A DNA stretch of 64,000 nt, from the NCBI GenBank assembly GCA_964350735.1, contig CAYGKO010000003.1, positions 52,452-116,451 of the forward strand, given 5' to 3'. Shown here one piece after another: positions 36,934-48,700 of the stretch. Every line of letters begins with the position of its first letter. The stretch's first letter is position 1. The stretch is from an uncultured Candidatus Saccharibacteria bacterium (GTDB taxonomy: Bacteria; Patescibacteriota; Minisyncoccia; Phycocordibacterales; UBA918). The notes under the pieces were generated by a model that saw only the letters and a program-made list of their open reading frames with translations, was not told the origin of the DNA and did not search any database. The position numbers and the translations under genes were made by a program.

Positions 36934-37691
36934 TGTGGCAGTGCCGTTAACGTCGCTGTAGCAGTGTACGTGCCTGGAACAGGGTTTGCGGTTGACCCAA
37001 CTCCAACCCGAAATTTAATTGTAGTAGTAGAACCTAAAGGATGATTAGGATCAGAACGATCAGCAATTACTCTACCGTCACTTTCATTATAGAAACCACT
37101 CCAACAGGCATCACTATCATCTAATGAACCAGTATTGCAAACCAAACCTGCACTATTCTTAAACGTATCAGCAATATCAATTCCTTCTGGTGAGTACCCA
37201 AAAAACGCTTGTCCGGAAGTGAAATCAAAATCATATGACGGTGTGGTACTAGTGGCATAGTCCGCGATAAAGTCACCTCCCGAAACCATAGCTGGTGAGG
37301 TGCTGGCTTTAATAAATAACTCATATCCAGCTGGATCATCGGTAACTACGGTTACTGTTGTAGACCCGTTAGAGACACCTCCAATCACACCGTCGATCAC
37401 CGTACTTAAAACTACATCAGGTGATGCCGAGAGAGAAATAAAAGAATTTTGCATTTGCTGATATCCGGCACGCAACTCATAGGAAGTACTGGTTCCGACT
37501 CCAGTTGCAATCTCTCCTGCCGTTGACTCTTGTCTGAAGTTAGTAGAACTAGAAAATCCGCCTCCAGTATTAATTGAATCGCTTTGAATTTGGTAGTTTG
37601 TACTTGATCGCACTTGTGCGTGCAGAAAAGGAGCTCCCAGCAGCAGTAGCGCACAGATTCCAAGTGTGATGTGTTTTTTAAAGAAGAGCAT
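36930..37691 (-). CDS. Secreted WxL-like/pilin-like beta protein (paralog 2)
   Basis: Signal peptide, SSTNYQIQSDSIN N-terminal module, C..CW pair, and C-terminal PGTYTATATLTAL. Confidence 0.75.
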   Translation of the reverse strand: MLFFKKHITLGICALLLLGAPFLHAQVRSSTNYQIQSDSINTGGGFSSSTNFRQESTAGEIATGVGTSTSYELRAGYQQMQNSFISLSASPDVVLSTVIDGVIGGVSNGSTTVTVVTDDPAGYELFIKASTSPAMVSGGDFIADYATSTTPSYDFDFTSGQAFFGYSPEGIDIADTFKNSAGLVCNTGSLDDSDACWSGFYNESDGRVIADRSDPNHPLGSTTTIKFRVGVGSTANPVPGTYTATATLTALPQ

Positions 37692-37705
37692 GTATTGAAT
37701 CAGTC

Positions 37706-38749
37706 TTATTTCCGCTTGAACTCAAACGTTCTGAAGAAGCCCCGAATCAAAAAATACAGCAGGAATATACTTAGCAAACCGCCAGCAACAAACGTCCAAG
37801 GGATAACCCAAAAACTCACTACAGCTGTGTCAATAATATTTTCATACCCTCGATTCAGTTGCACCTCTGCCTGGTACCGCCCGAACAACACCTCTCGATC
37901 CCAACTAATTTCACGAAGACGTACTGACCCTGGAAGTACAAACCAGGGCTGTAATTCAACAAAACCAACTTCTTCTCCTAGCAAATTAGTAATACGGATT
38001 TCACCATACGGGTTTAGGTGTACCGAACCTTGATTTTCGTACACTACATCAAAATTAACGGGACCTTGATTAAAAAATGTCTGTTTATTTCTAGTAGAAA
38101 AATCTTGCAATATACCACCCCGTTCGACTGCACCAGGAATTGACACAAAAAACAGAGATCCGATCCGACTCACAATTGCAGAGGACGGTAGTGTCCTCGG
38201 ATCAGAGCCATTATTAGCTTCTTTAGTAACCGTTTTAACCAACACACTTCCATACAACCCACCTGGCTCGGCATCAGGAGGCACGCTAATTGTGACAGGA
38301 ATGATAGCTCGCTTCGCGTGATCTAAGGGAAATTCTAGATCTGGGATTTTAATATAGTCTTTAATAGTGTACGGCCCAGTCTGACTACCAAGCAGCTCCA
38401 CCGATCGCTTTGGGTCATTTGAACTACGAATGTCTTCAATCTCAATGGAAAACGTTTGCTCTTTTCCAATTCTATTAGCTACACTGATCTCAACTGTTTT
38501 TGATTCACCTGGAGCGATTTCAAGCTCAACCTTACCTGGGCTCATTACGAAATCACCCACCACATCGTCGAACGGTAATGATTCGAGTCGATAGGCTGGC
38601 TGTTGCTCAGTTACTACTTCAGATTCAGGCGCTTCAATTGAACTACTTGCAGATGTAAAATCTTCTTGAGCCAGAGATGTCTCAGAGAAAATGAATAAAA
38701 TTACACTAACACTAAAAAATAGAGAACTGGGGTGGCGTATAACAGACAT
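37706..38749 (-). CDS. DUF916/WxL-interacting-like membrane protein
   Basis: SPGKVELEIAPGESKTVEISVAN, ISVPPDAEPGGLYG, YENQGSVHLNPYG, and a C-terminal TM with basic tail. Confidence 0.75.
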   Translation of the reverse strand: MSVIRHPSSLFFSVSVILFIFSETSLAQEDFTSASSSIEAPESEVVTEQQPAYRLESLPFDDVVGDFVMSPGKVELEIAPGESKTVEISVANRIGKEQTFSIEIEDIRSSNDPKRSVELLGSQTGPYTIKDYIKIPDLEFPLDHAKRAIIPVTISVPPDAEPGGLYGSVLVKTVTKEANNGSDPRTLPSSAIVSRIGSLFFVSIPGAVERGGILQDFSTRNKQTFFNQGPVNFDVVYENQGSVHLNPYGEIRITNLLGEEVGFVELQPWFVLPGSVRLREISWDREVLFGRYQAEVQLNRGYENIIDTAVVSFWVIPWTFVAGGLLSIFLLYFLIRGFFRTFEFKRK

Positions 38750-38768
38750 ATTGTCTATTCAGTGTAGA

Positions 38769-39470
38769 TTAGTTATCTAATGCGGTCAACGTAGCTGTGG
38801 CGACATATGTTCCATTTGGTACGGCTGGATTTGGATTTGATGGAATTGTAATTCTAAACTGCACTGTAGAAGTTGATCCCGACCCAGGTGTTGGTGCTGA
38901 GGTATTAATTAGTTCAGTGACAGTAGTTGACGATGTGGTTGATGCCCCACGCCAGCAGTTGTTCACCGTGAATGAACCATTGTTTGAGGTCCCGCAGGCT
39001 GCACCTGTGTTAGTAAATACATCTGAAACATCCGCCGTAGCAGAAGCATTAACAGAGAAACCAAATTGTGCTCCGACTGATGAAGTATCGAACCCAGACG
39101 GATACGCGGCAGTACCAGTTGAATATACGTAGTTCGGAATAAGCCCTCCGCCACTATTTCGTCCCATCGCTGTAGTACTACTAAAATTAATCGTCATGTT
39201 GTAACCAGTAGCATTATTGGTTCGGACTCTTGTAGTAGTAGTACCGTACGAAGTGCCCCCAGTGAGACCGTCTAGAGTCCCAACCATGGCCACATCATTA
39301 GCGAGTGTTTGAAAAGAAATCGCTCCACTGATCACCTGAGTCACTGTGAAATCATCAGTGATAGCCCGACTAACCGTTGGTTCCAGCAACAGAAATGAGA
39401 ACGCAAGAAACAGACCAACGGCAAGCGTTTTGAAGGTTGCTTCTACAAAAGAGCGAGTTAGAGATTTCAT
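38769..39470 (-). CDS. Secreted WxL-like/pilin-like beta protein (paralog 1)
   Basis: Signal peptide, VRTNNATGYNMTI, C..CW pair, and C-terminal NGTYVATATLTAL. Confidence 0.75.
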   Translation of the reverse strand: MKSLTRSFVEATFKTLAVGLFLAFSFLLLEPTVSRAITDDFTVTQVISGAISFQTLANDVAMVGTLDGLTGGTSYGTTTTRVRTNNATGYNMTINFSSTTAMGRNSGGGLIPNYVYSTGTAAYPSGFDTSSVGAQFGFSVNASATADVSDVFTNTGAACGTSNNGSFTVNNCWRGASTTSSTTVTELINTSAPTPGSGSTSTVQFRITIPSNPNPAVPNGTYVATATLTALDN

Positions 39471-39710
39471 ATAAAGAAAATTATTTTAATGTATTTTAAG
39501 TATAAGTCTTTACCCTCAAATACCAAGAGGCTTTATACACAGCAAGAAAAATTGCGTTTACCTTCATAACAAGAAAACTAATTAAATATTGTTCCGACCG
39601 CTTCGAATTCCAATTTATGATCATGTAGAGTTTCCGACTCGTTATAAATATTACATTGTTTTAATAAGCTATGTAATCCGACATAGCTATATTTTACTTA
39701 GTTTCACCGA

Positions 39711-42700
39711 CTAAATTGAACCTCCTCCTCCGCCCCCACCGCCAGTCGCTTGGTGATACACCCGTACCTGAATCTCATCGATCCGGATTTCGTTGCTTGA
39801 TGGTGCACCAGTAACCCGGATAGCAAAGTTGGTGTTGTTAAGCTCAGTCGGTGTCCAGGCGCGACCCCAGAGATCAGCCGGTGCACCGAGCGTAACCACC
39901 GTATCGCTCGTAGTGAGAGTCGGACTAGTCTTAGCAGCAGTCCAGCTGGTACCGCCATCGTACGAGAGTTCCACATCGATCGTCCCGGCGTCCGTAGTAC
40001 CAGACACCTCGAGCTTCACCGCAATTCCCACAATCTCATTACTGCCCGGGATACTGTGGCTGTAGTTGGTGTAGTTGTGAGTGTCGGCGGCACTGGTGGT
40101 GGCGTAGGTGCCGTCAGTCTGATCGTAGGCATTAGCAGCGCTGTTCCAGCTGCCACTATTGGCACTTGGGCGGTTGAAGCCAACTTCTGCACCAATGGTA
40201 CTACCACCAGTATTGGTATCAACTGCACTCCCACCTCCACTACCCCCTCCAACTTCTTCACTCCGACCGGCTGGAGCGTCGCCGCCAATCGATCCTTGAG
40301 AACTACCACCTCCACCACCACTCCCCTGATTACCTCTAATATGTTGCACTGAATTTACTGAACCATTTACATTGATTACTTCTTCAAATACTACCCCAAT
40401 ACCTTGCACACCACTCGTGGCTAGACTCAACACTAGCATTTCAGATCGTGAGACTGCATTAATATCAAACGTCACTAAATAATTTTGGTTTGTAGTGACT
40501 AGGAAATCATCGGCAAACACAATTGTACCCGACTCGCCACTGAAGGTGAACTCACCACTAGCATCGAGTACCTGGTCGGTTACATCATACTCAGCATCAT
40601 TATCTGTATCCTGGTACAAAACAATATTTGGGATACTGCTGGTTGAGACACTATTGCTGATACCTGACACATTGAGCGTTAGCGCTGTAACGGTTGCGCT
40701 CTCACCAGTTGGAGTAAGCTGAAATGCAAAGGCTGGTTGACTCGTTGCATTCTTAAAACTAAACGCACTACTTACCTGACCTACAGAATGATTAGCAATT
40801 GTAATCACACCTGGCTCTGCCAGCGCATAGAAGTCAGTAGTGGTTGATTGGTTGAGATATTCAGCGGCGATCCAGGCTGGAGCGCGTATAGAATTAGAAA
40901 TTCGTACCTCATCTAATGAGCCGTCTAGATTTCCACCCGCGCTGCGTTCTGCCCCCAATCGTACTGGTCGATCAGTCTCGAAATCTGGTTTTGAATTGAC
41001 AGCATCATTAGAATCAAATAAAGACCCATCAATATACTCATCAACATCATTGGCGCTTGTATCAAATTGCAATGTTACGTGCTTCCAGCCTGCGCCAGCA
41101 ATAGTAGACCAGCCGTTAGTAATAAAATTACCAGTTCCAGAAGTGTGAAAAATGGCCGTGTTATTTGTGGTGCCTCGACGTTGAAACGACCAGTCATTCC
41201 CAGCTCCATTTCCCTTGGAATAAAGCGCAGCAAAACTATTTTGTGAAGCATCCATATCAACCCACAGACTAACTGCGTAATCAGAAGCAGAGAAATCAAA
41301 TTCGCTAGTGCTCGGTATTTCAATGTAATCAGAAGCACCATCGAGATCTTGGGCCAAGCCGAGTCGTCCAGCTACATCACTCCCACTCGTCATCGATGTA
41401 CCAGTTCCGTGGTTTCCAAAACTTGTAGAATCTCTGTATCCACCGGCATCTGTATTTCCATCTTCGCCTAAGTGATACACCGCTACATACCCGTTACTCC
41501 ACACATTCTCCGCTCCATACGTAGCACTCGTAATGTAATCAATCGAACTAGAGCCGTTGTAGTAAATCCTAAAATGAGTATCCATAGTAGAAGAAATAAG
41601 ATTGGCCTTGAAGTGCAGCTCGCCTGTCTGAAGGGTCGTCGAGGCCGATACTAATTCGCGCGGTAACTCAACTGGTGAGCCGCTATTTGTGGTCACCCGA
41701 ATGTCACCAGCGTCACTCGATACTCCAGCCCAGAAATCTGCACTCAAGTCTGACAGATCAATATATACCGGGAAATCAGCTAGATCTTCATCAATATTGG
41801 TGTAGTCGATGGTGACAACATCGTATTCAGTCCAGTCAGTATCATTCCAAGGAACCGGCGCTGCTCCCGCCTCAAGGGTCCAGTTAGTGTTGTTTCCTGA
41901 GTCAACTGACTGATAGGCAGTGACCCCTCCGGCAGTGATTGTTGCGTCACTATCTCGCACATCAACAAATGACACCGATACTTGTATACCCGTATCAAGA
42001 TCCCAAGCAGTGCCTGGATCTGAAGAGCGGAGATACACTGGGCGACCATCTTCACCGGTCCAGTCCACACTATCAAAGCTATAAGTTTCTCCAGCTAGAA
42101 ACTGCACCGATGAGGAGGCCTCAATCGTAAAGAGGCCATCAGTTTCAGCTGGTGCCCCGAAAATGAATGATTGGGTTGTGCTACCTGAGGCTGAGTCATT
42201 ACGTACCGTCAGTGCATTAAAGGCATCGGTACCTGACAGCGAACCAGTAGCTGTCTGCGTACCAGATCCAGCGAAGATTACTTCTCCACCACTCCCATAT
42301 ACGCCATTATTCGTGTAATCACCGAGCACAGTCAGTTCGCCTGTCCCACTGAGTGAGCCAGTTGCATCAATCACCATGTCAGCAGTGGTAGCATTGGTAA
42401 AGGTGTAACTACCGGCAATCACCACTGTATTACCCGCAATAGCATCTGTCAGAGCGCCGGTAATTTGCTCTCCTGAGCCAGTGAGCGTGGTTGTACCACT
42501 CCCGGCAATCACTGCCCCACTGCTATCAAACGATCCAGCGATTGAAAGCTCATTTGGAAGAGCTGCTGTCCCTCTAGATTCGATGACAAAGTTGGTTGTA
42601 CTAGCGTTATCAGCAAACAATATTGTACCGACCGCCGAGATGTCATTGAATGCTGAAGATCCTGTAAGAACTCCTGAGGCAGACAGATCGTCTAAATCAT

Positions 42701-45700
42701 ATTCATTAACATCATCTCCGCTGAATCCAACAACAAACAACTTTGTACCGTTAGCATTAAATGCCATACCCGTCGGAGATGTCTCTTCTGCAGCAATACT
42801 GTAACTAGTAACGAAACTAGCGGTTGAGATTGAGAACGCCGTACTCAGGACATACTCATTGATATCATTACCAATATTCCCTAATACAAACATCTTCTCT
42901 CCTGTCTTATTAAAGAGTAGCGCTAAAGGGGTTGTATCTTGAGAAGAAACACTGAACTCAGCCACGTGACTGGCTGTAGACACATCAAATACAGTACTAA
43001 GAGAATACTCATTCACCTCATCGGGCGTTGATCCGAGAACATACATCTTTGTACCGTCAGTGTTAAACGTTACATCAGTCGGAGTGGAGTTATCTGCCAC
43101 CACACTAGTAGCATGAGAGAATGAGGCTGATGAAATATCAAAAGCGGTACCTAGTGCATACTCGTTAATATCATTACCTGCGTCGCCAGGAACATACATC
43201 TTTGTACCGTCAGTGTTAAATGCTACATTGAGTGGACTCGTGTCTTGGAGCGCCACACTCGTCGCATGAGTGAACACTGCAGTAGAAACATCGAAGCCAC
43301 TACTAAGCGCATACTCGTTAATATCATTACCACTGTCTCCAGCTACAAACATCTTGGTACCGTCGGTGTTGAATTCAACTCCTCTCGGCGTGAGGTCTTC
43401 AGTAGCAACCCTAAACGACCCGTCAAAATAAGCAGTAGAGATATCAAAAGCACTATCAAGGAAATAGCGATAGACATTGTCGCCAGTCGAACCAATGACG
43501 AACATTTGTGTGCCGTCATTGTTAAACCGCATATCGTTTGGAGTTGCCTCTTCAAGTGCGACACTAAAGCCATCTACAAACGTACGAGTTGATGCATCAA
43601 ACGCTCCACTGAGCGTATACTCACTAATATCATTACCGGTATCACCTACAATAAACATCTTGCTGCCGTCGGTATTAAACTCAATTCCAGTTGGAGTAAA
43701 ATCTTGCGCATTCACAAGCGTCGCATCAACAAACGCCGCTGAAGACACGTCCCACGGTGAACCCAAGGTATATTCGTTCACGTCATCACCACTACTCCCG
43801 ACTACAAACATCTTGGTGCCGTCAGTATTAAAACTCAAACCTTCCGGTGTAAGCTCTTGAAGTGACACACTCGTAGCGTGAGTATAGGCAGCGCTCGACA
43901 CATCAAATGCCGACGTCAGTTCATACTGAAACACCGAATCATTGGTGGTTCCTAGAACAAACATCCTCGTACCCGTTGCGCTGAACGTTACTGCCGTTGG
44001 AGAAGTCTCTTGAGACGCAATCCTAAAGCTATCAACAAAACGGGCGGTCGAAAGGTCGTATGGCTCTATTAATGCATACTCATTAACATCATCTCCAGAA
44101 GACCCAATCACAAATAATTTTGTACCGTCAGTATTGAAAGCCAACCCTTCTGGGCTTGCTTCTTCGGAACTAACAGAAAACACATCATTATAACTGAGAG
44201 TGGATACTTCATAGGCCTCACCGGCAAAATACACCGTTCCAGAATTGTTTTCGAATACCCCGTTATTGGTGAGCGACCCGGCAATTGTTAGGCTAGTAGC
44301 TGGAGCAGTGGTCGTAGCCCCAGCTTCAATTGTAATATTCGTAGTTGACGCTGCTTGTCCAAAGGAGACTGAACTACTAGCAATTATGCGCACATCTGCC
44401 AGACTGGACGCTCCCGTAAAATCCCCAGAGATACTCGCTGGAGTCGTGCTACTAAAACGCACCAATCCTTCATTGGCATTAAAGGAACCGTTGTTTGTTA
44501 GATCGCCAGTGACCGTTAACACAACCGGTGCCGTCGTACTCCCAGCGGCTGCAATGGTTATATTTTCTACTTCTGCTTCACTACTGAAAGTATAGGCCCC
44601 AACAACAAAGGTATTACCCAGTTGGTTATCTCCAGTCAAACTGCCAGAAACCGTCTTATCTGTCCCCGTCAAGTACAAACTCTGTCCAGCGGTAAAAGAT
44701 CCATTATTGGTAAAACCTCCACTCGTTTCAAAGTTGCTGGTAGATGCAATTGAGACCGACACTCCAGCGTCGATTGTAAAGTCGGTCGTTGACGCATTAT
44801 CAGCAAATAGCACATTTCCAAATGACGCCGTTGTTGTGGCTAAAGCTGAAGTGCCAGACAAGGTACCACTAAGCGTACTGGTCGAAATAACGGCCTCAAA
44901 CGTGAACGAAGACGCTAGATCAAAGCCACTGAAGGTATCGCTAAAACTACCGCTCACAAACATAGAGAAGCCGTCCGGACTCATGTCTATTCCTGATGGC
45001 AAGGTTTCAATATCAGACAAATCATATTGGCGACCATCGTATGATGCGGTTGATACATCAAACCCCGCCGACAGTGTGTATTCAAATACTGAATCAGTTT
45101 GGTCACCTAAAATAAACATCTTGGTTCCGGCGGTGTTAAAAACAATTCCCGACGGTTGCGTGTCTTCACTCGATACATCAAAACTATCTACAAACGAGGC
45201 GGTCGACACATCCCATGCCGGACTGAGTGTGTATTCATTTACATCCATTCCAGCCGTCCCGACTACAAACATTTTGTCGCCTGTAGCGCTAAGTGCCATA
45301 GCTGCCGGTGACGTCTCTTGTGAACCAATCGGCTCAGTATCTACCTGAGTAGCGCTCGAAATATCCCACGGGATACTAAGTGAAAATTCATTAATGTCAT
45401 TCCCTGTATCTCCCAGTATGTACATTCGACTACCGGTAGCATTGAACTGCACATCTTTCGGCGCAGTATCGAAGCTTTTAATAGAAAACCCTTTCTCATA
45501 CTCAGCAGTTGTAAGATCGTACGGTGTACTGACATCAAATTGCCCCACCATGCCAGAAAGTCGATACACACTGTACAATTTTGTTCCATCGTCATTAAAG
45601 GTGACCGCCTCCGGTACTGAATCAGTTTTTACCAACGAGTCTGTCGACACATTAGCAGCTCCCCCAAAAGAGAAAACTGGATCAAGTGCATATTCATAAA

Positions 45701-48700
45701 TTCCCCCCGTGGAAGGATCGGTCACATATGCCTTACTGCCACTGGCATTAAAGGTAATGTCGTAGAGATCTGTCACTTCAGTAAATGAGAGCGTGATGCT
45801 TGTGCCAATTGAACCAGGATCATAGGCTGAGCTGAGATCGTACACTGTAAGCGTGTTGCCGGTGTAATCACCGACAAACATTTTAGTACCATCGTCGTTA
45901 AATTTAATAGTTAACGTGTCTACAAAGATTGAGTGCGAAGCGTCAAAAGAGGCCCCTGATAGAGCGTACTTTGGGGAGAGGCCATATTCATAGATAGCAC
46001 CAGATCCGTTTGCTTGGTACAGTATCGATCCATCATCATTGAATTCAAGTCCAAATCCGCCGCCTGCAAAAGAGTCGGTAGCACTAGCGGTCGATACATC
46101 CCAGTCCGTACTGAGCTCGTACTCATATACATCCCCAGTTCCAGAGTCACTGATAAACATTTTGCTTCCAGTCGCATTAAATACGATAGCAACTGGTGAT
46201 ATTCCCTCAGTACTTACATCGAAACTGTCGGTGTAGCTTAAAGTGGAGAGGTCATAGTCAACACTAAGCGCATATTCATCTACATCATCCTCATTATCAT
46301 CAACTACATACGCCTTACTTCCATCATTATTGAAGCGAATCGCAAATGGCGTCGCACTATCACTTGGATAGGTGGTATCCTGAAATAATACTCCCCCAAA
46401 ACTATACGGCGCATCAAGAGAATACTCAAAATATCCTGCGAAAGCAGCGGTTAGGAACAACCGATCTCCATCACCATCAAAATCCACTCCTGTAATCGTA
46501 TTAGCACCCAAATCTCCTGAGGTATTGAGTGTACCTCCAAATACTGCCGTGGAAACATCAAAGGCAGTGCCCAGATCATACTGATAGACTTCCCCATTTG
46601 AATCCCCGCCGTCAGTAACAAACATCTCATCACCGGTCGGACTGAATGTTAGTGCATACGGACTGTCGGTTTCAGTACTCACACTGAACGCATCAACATA
46701 ACTGAGGGAGGTAATGTCCCACGCTGATAACGTAAATTCACTGACATCATCGGCGCTTTCGTCACCAACAAACAACTTAGTGCCCGCACTATTAAATGAG
46801 AAACTAATCGCGGTAGTTACTTGTGAGAAAATATGAGTATCAGTGGCACTCGCCGTTGAAACATCAAAGGCCGTACTGAGATCATAGGCATAGAGCGTAT
46901 TATTTCCACCGCCCAAAACAAACATCTGGGTACCTGAAGTATTAAACTTCACTCCAAAGGCAAAGCCGTCTTCTCCGCTCACATCATACCGGGAAGCCAG
47001 ACCAGCGGTGGACAAATCGTACGCAGTAGACAAATTATACATTTCGATCACATCATTAGTGACGTCAGTGAATGCTACCTTGGTCCCTGAGTCCACAATG
47101 GACATTCCCCAGAAGCTAGAGTTAGCCGCTGAAGTAGTCACTGCATTTTTGAAAGACACCGACTGTCCAGACTGAATGTCCAGCGTCGACTCTGTACTGT
47201 CATAGGTCCCGTCGTTTGTCAGACTCCCCGCCAATGTAAGCGTAGCTGGAGCTTCAAAGGTTGCTCCGCTTGGAATTGTAATTGACCCCGGCAGTGTTGC
47301 ACCAGAAATTGTAGTAATCGCAGTACCTCCATTAAGGGTACTACCTGGCCACACGTACAGCTCTTTTCCACCCTGAACCGTAAGTGTCTCAGCTGCCGCT
47401 GACGCTAGATACATGATGTCGCCATCATCTGATGCATCGTATACGGCGAAGTCTGCAATAGTAGTCGAAGAAATACCGGCTTCATGACGCGAAATAACGT
47501 GATCTTGATATAGATCAAGCGTTGTGATATCGGTCGAAGAAGAATTAGCAACAGTTACCAGCGATCCTTGAATACTACTATCACCATCCACCCAAACCAC
47601 CACGCCTGATCCGTCATCTATGGTATGACCTTGCGTAATCGCCACCTCCCACAGACCGGTAGTCTGAGCTGATGAACCGGTATAGACCTGGACTGGATTA
47701 CCAGCCGCTACTTTAATTACCGAACTAGTTGCAACAACCGTACTTCTATCAGCTTGGTACAGCGTACCTGAAAAAGTAATCGGAGCAGCTTGTGCAGTGT
47801 TGTAGAAGTCGGTGGTAGTAGCTTGATTGAGATGTTCAGCTGAAATCCAAGCAGCTGAACGTTCAACGGTACTAACCCGAAATTCGTCTATTGAACCTTC
47901 GTGATAGTTAGCACCCGCGTCTCCTCCTAAATAAAAACCAGTCAGGTCAACATTAGGATTGTCAGTCGAGATACTACTTGTTGCACTCACACCATCAAGA
48001 TAAATGCCTTTGCCTGTCCCTGAGGTCACGTGCACCATTGTCCATTTATCATCATAGGCTGTGTAACTAGTAGATATACGACCTGGTGTAGTACAGCAGG
48101 TACCAAAATCCCAATAAACAATATCCGCCCAGGGCGCTGATATCACAAGACGTTCATTCCCACCACCAACTGCCCAACCTGCCGCAATGTGAAAAGTCTC
48201 AGCCGCAGCTGCAGCTGCAACGTTATTCCAAAATTGTACAGTGACAGTATTATTGCTGTTGCTCCAGACATTATCTGTATCGGTTAATAGCTCATCATTA
48301 CCGTCGAACTGAATCGCCTGACCGCCTGCTAGGCGTCCAGTGACTGAGTCCCCTGACACAAACGATCCAATAGTAGCTAGGTCGTAATCATTACTCGTTG
48401 AGTCATACACCGTGGCTCCAGAAGGATCTTCTTGCAAATGGTAGACACTATAGTAGCTGTTCGTCCAGACATTCTCCGCTCCGTAGGTATCGTCGGTTGC
48501 GTACGCTGCCGTAGTTGAGCTGTTGTAGTAGATTCGAAACACCGTATCAGTCGTCGAAGAAATACTATTTGCCTTGAAGTGCAACTCTCCAGTTTCTAAG
48601 GTGGTAGAAGCAGACACCACTTCACGCGCCAACTCGACTGGTGAACCATCGTTCGTAGTCACGCGAATATCTCCCCCTCCATCACTGACCGTACTCCAGA

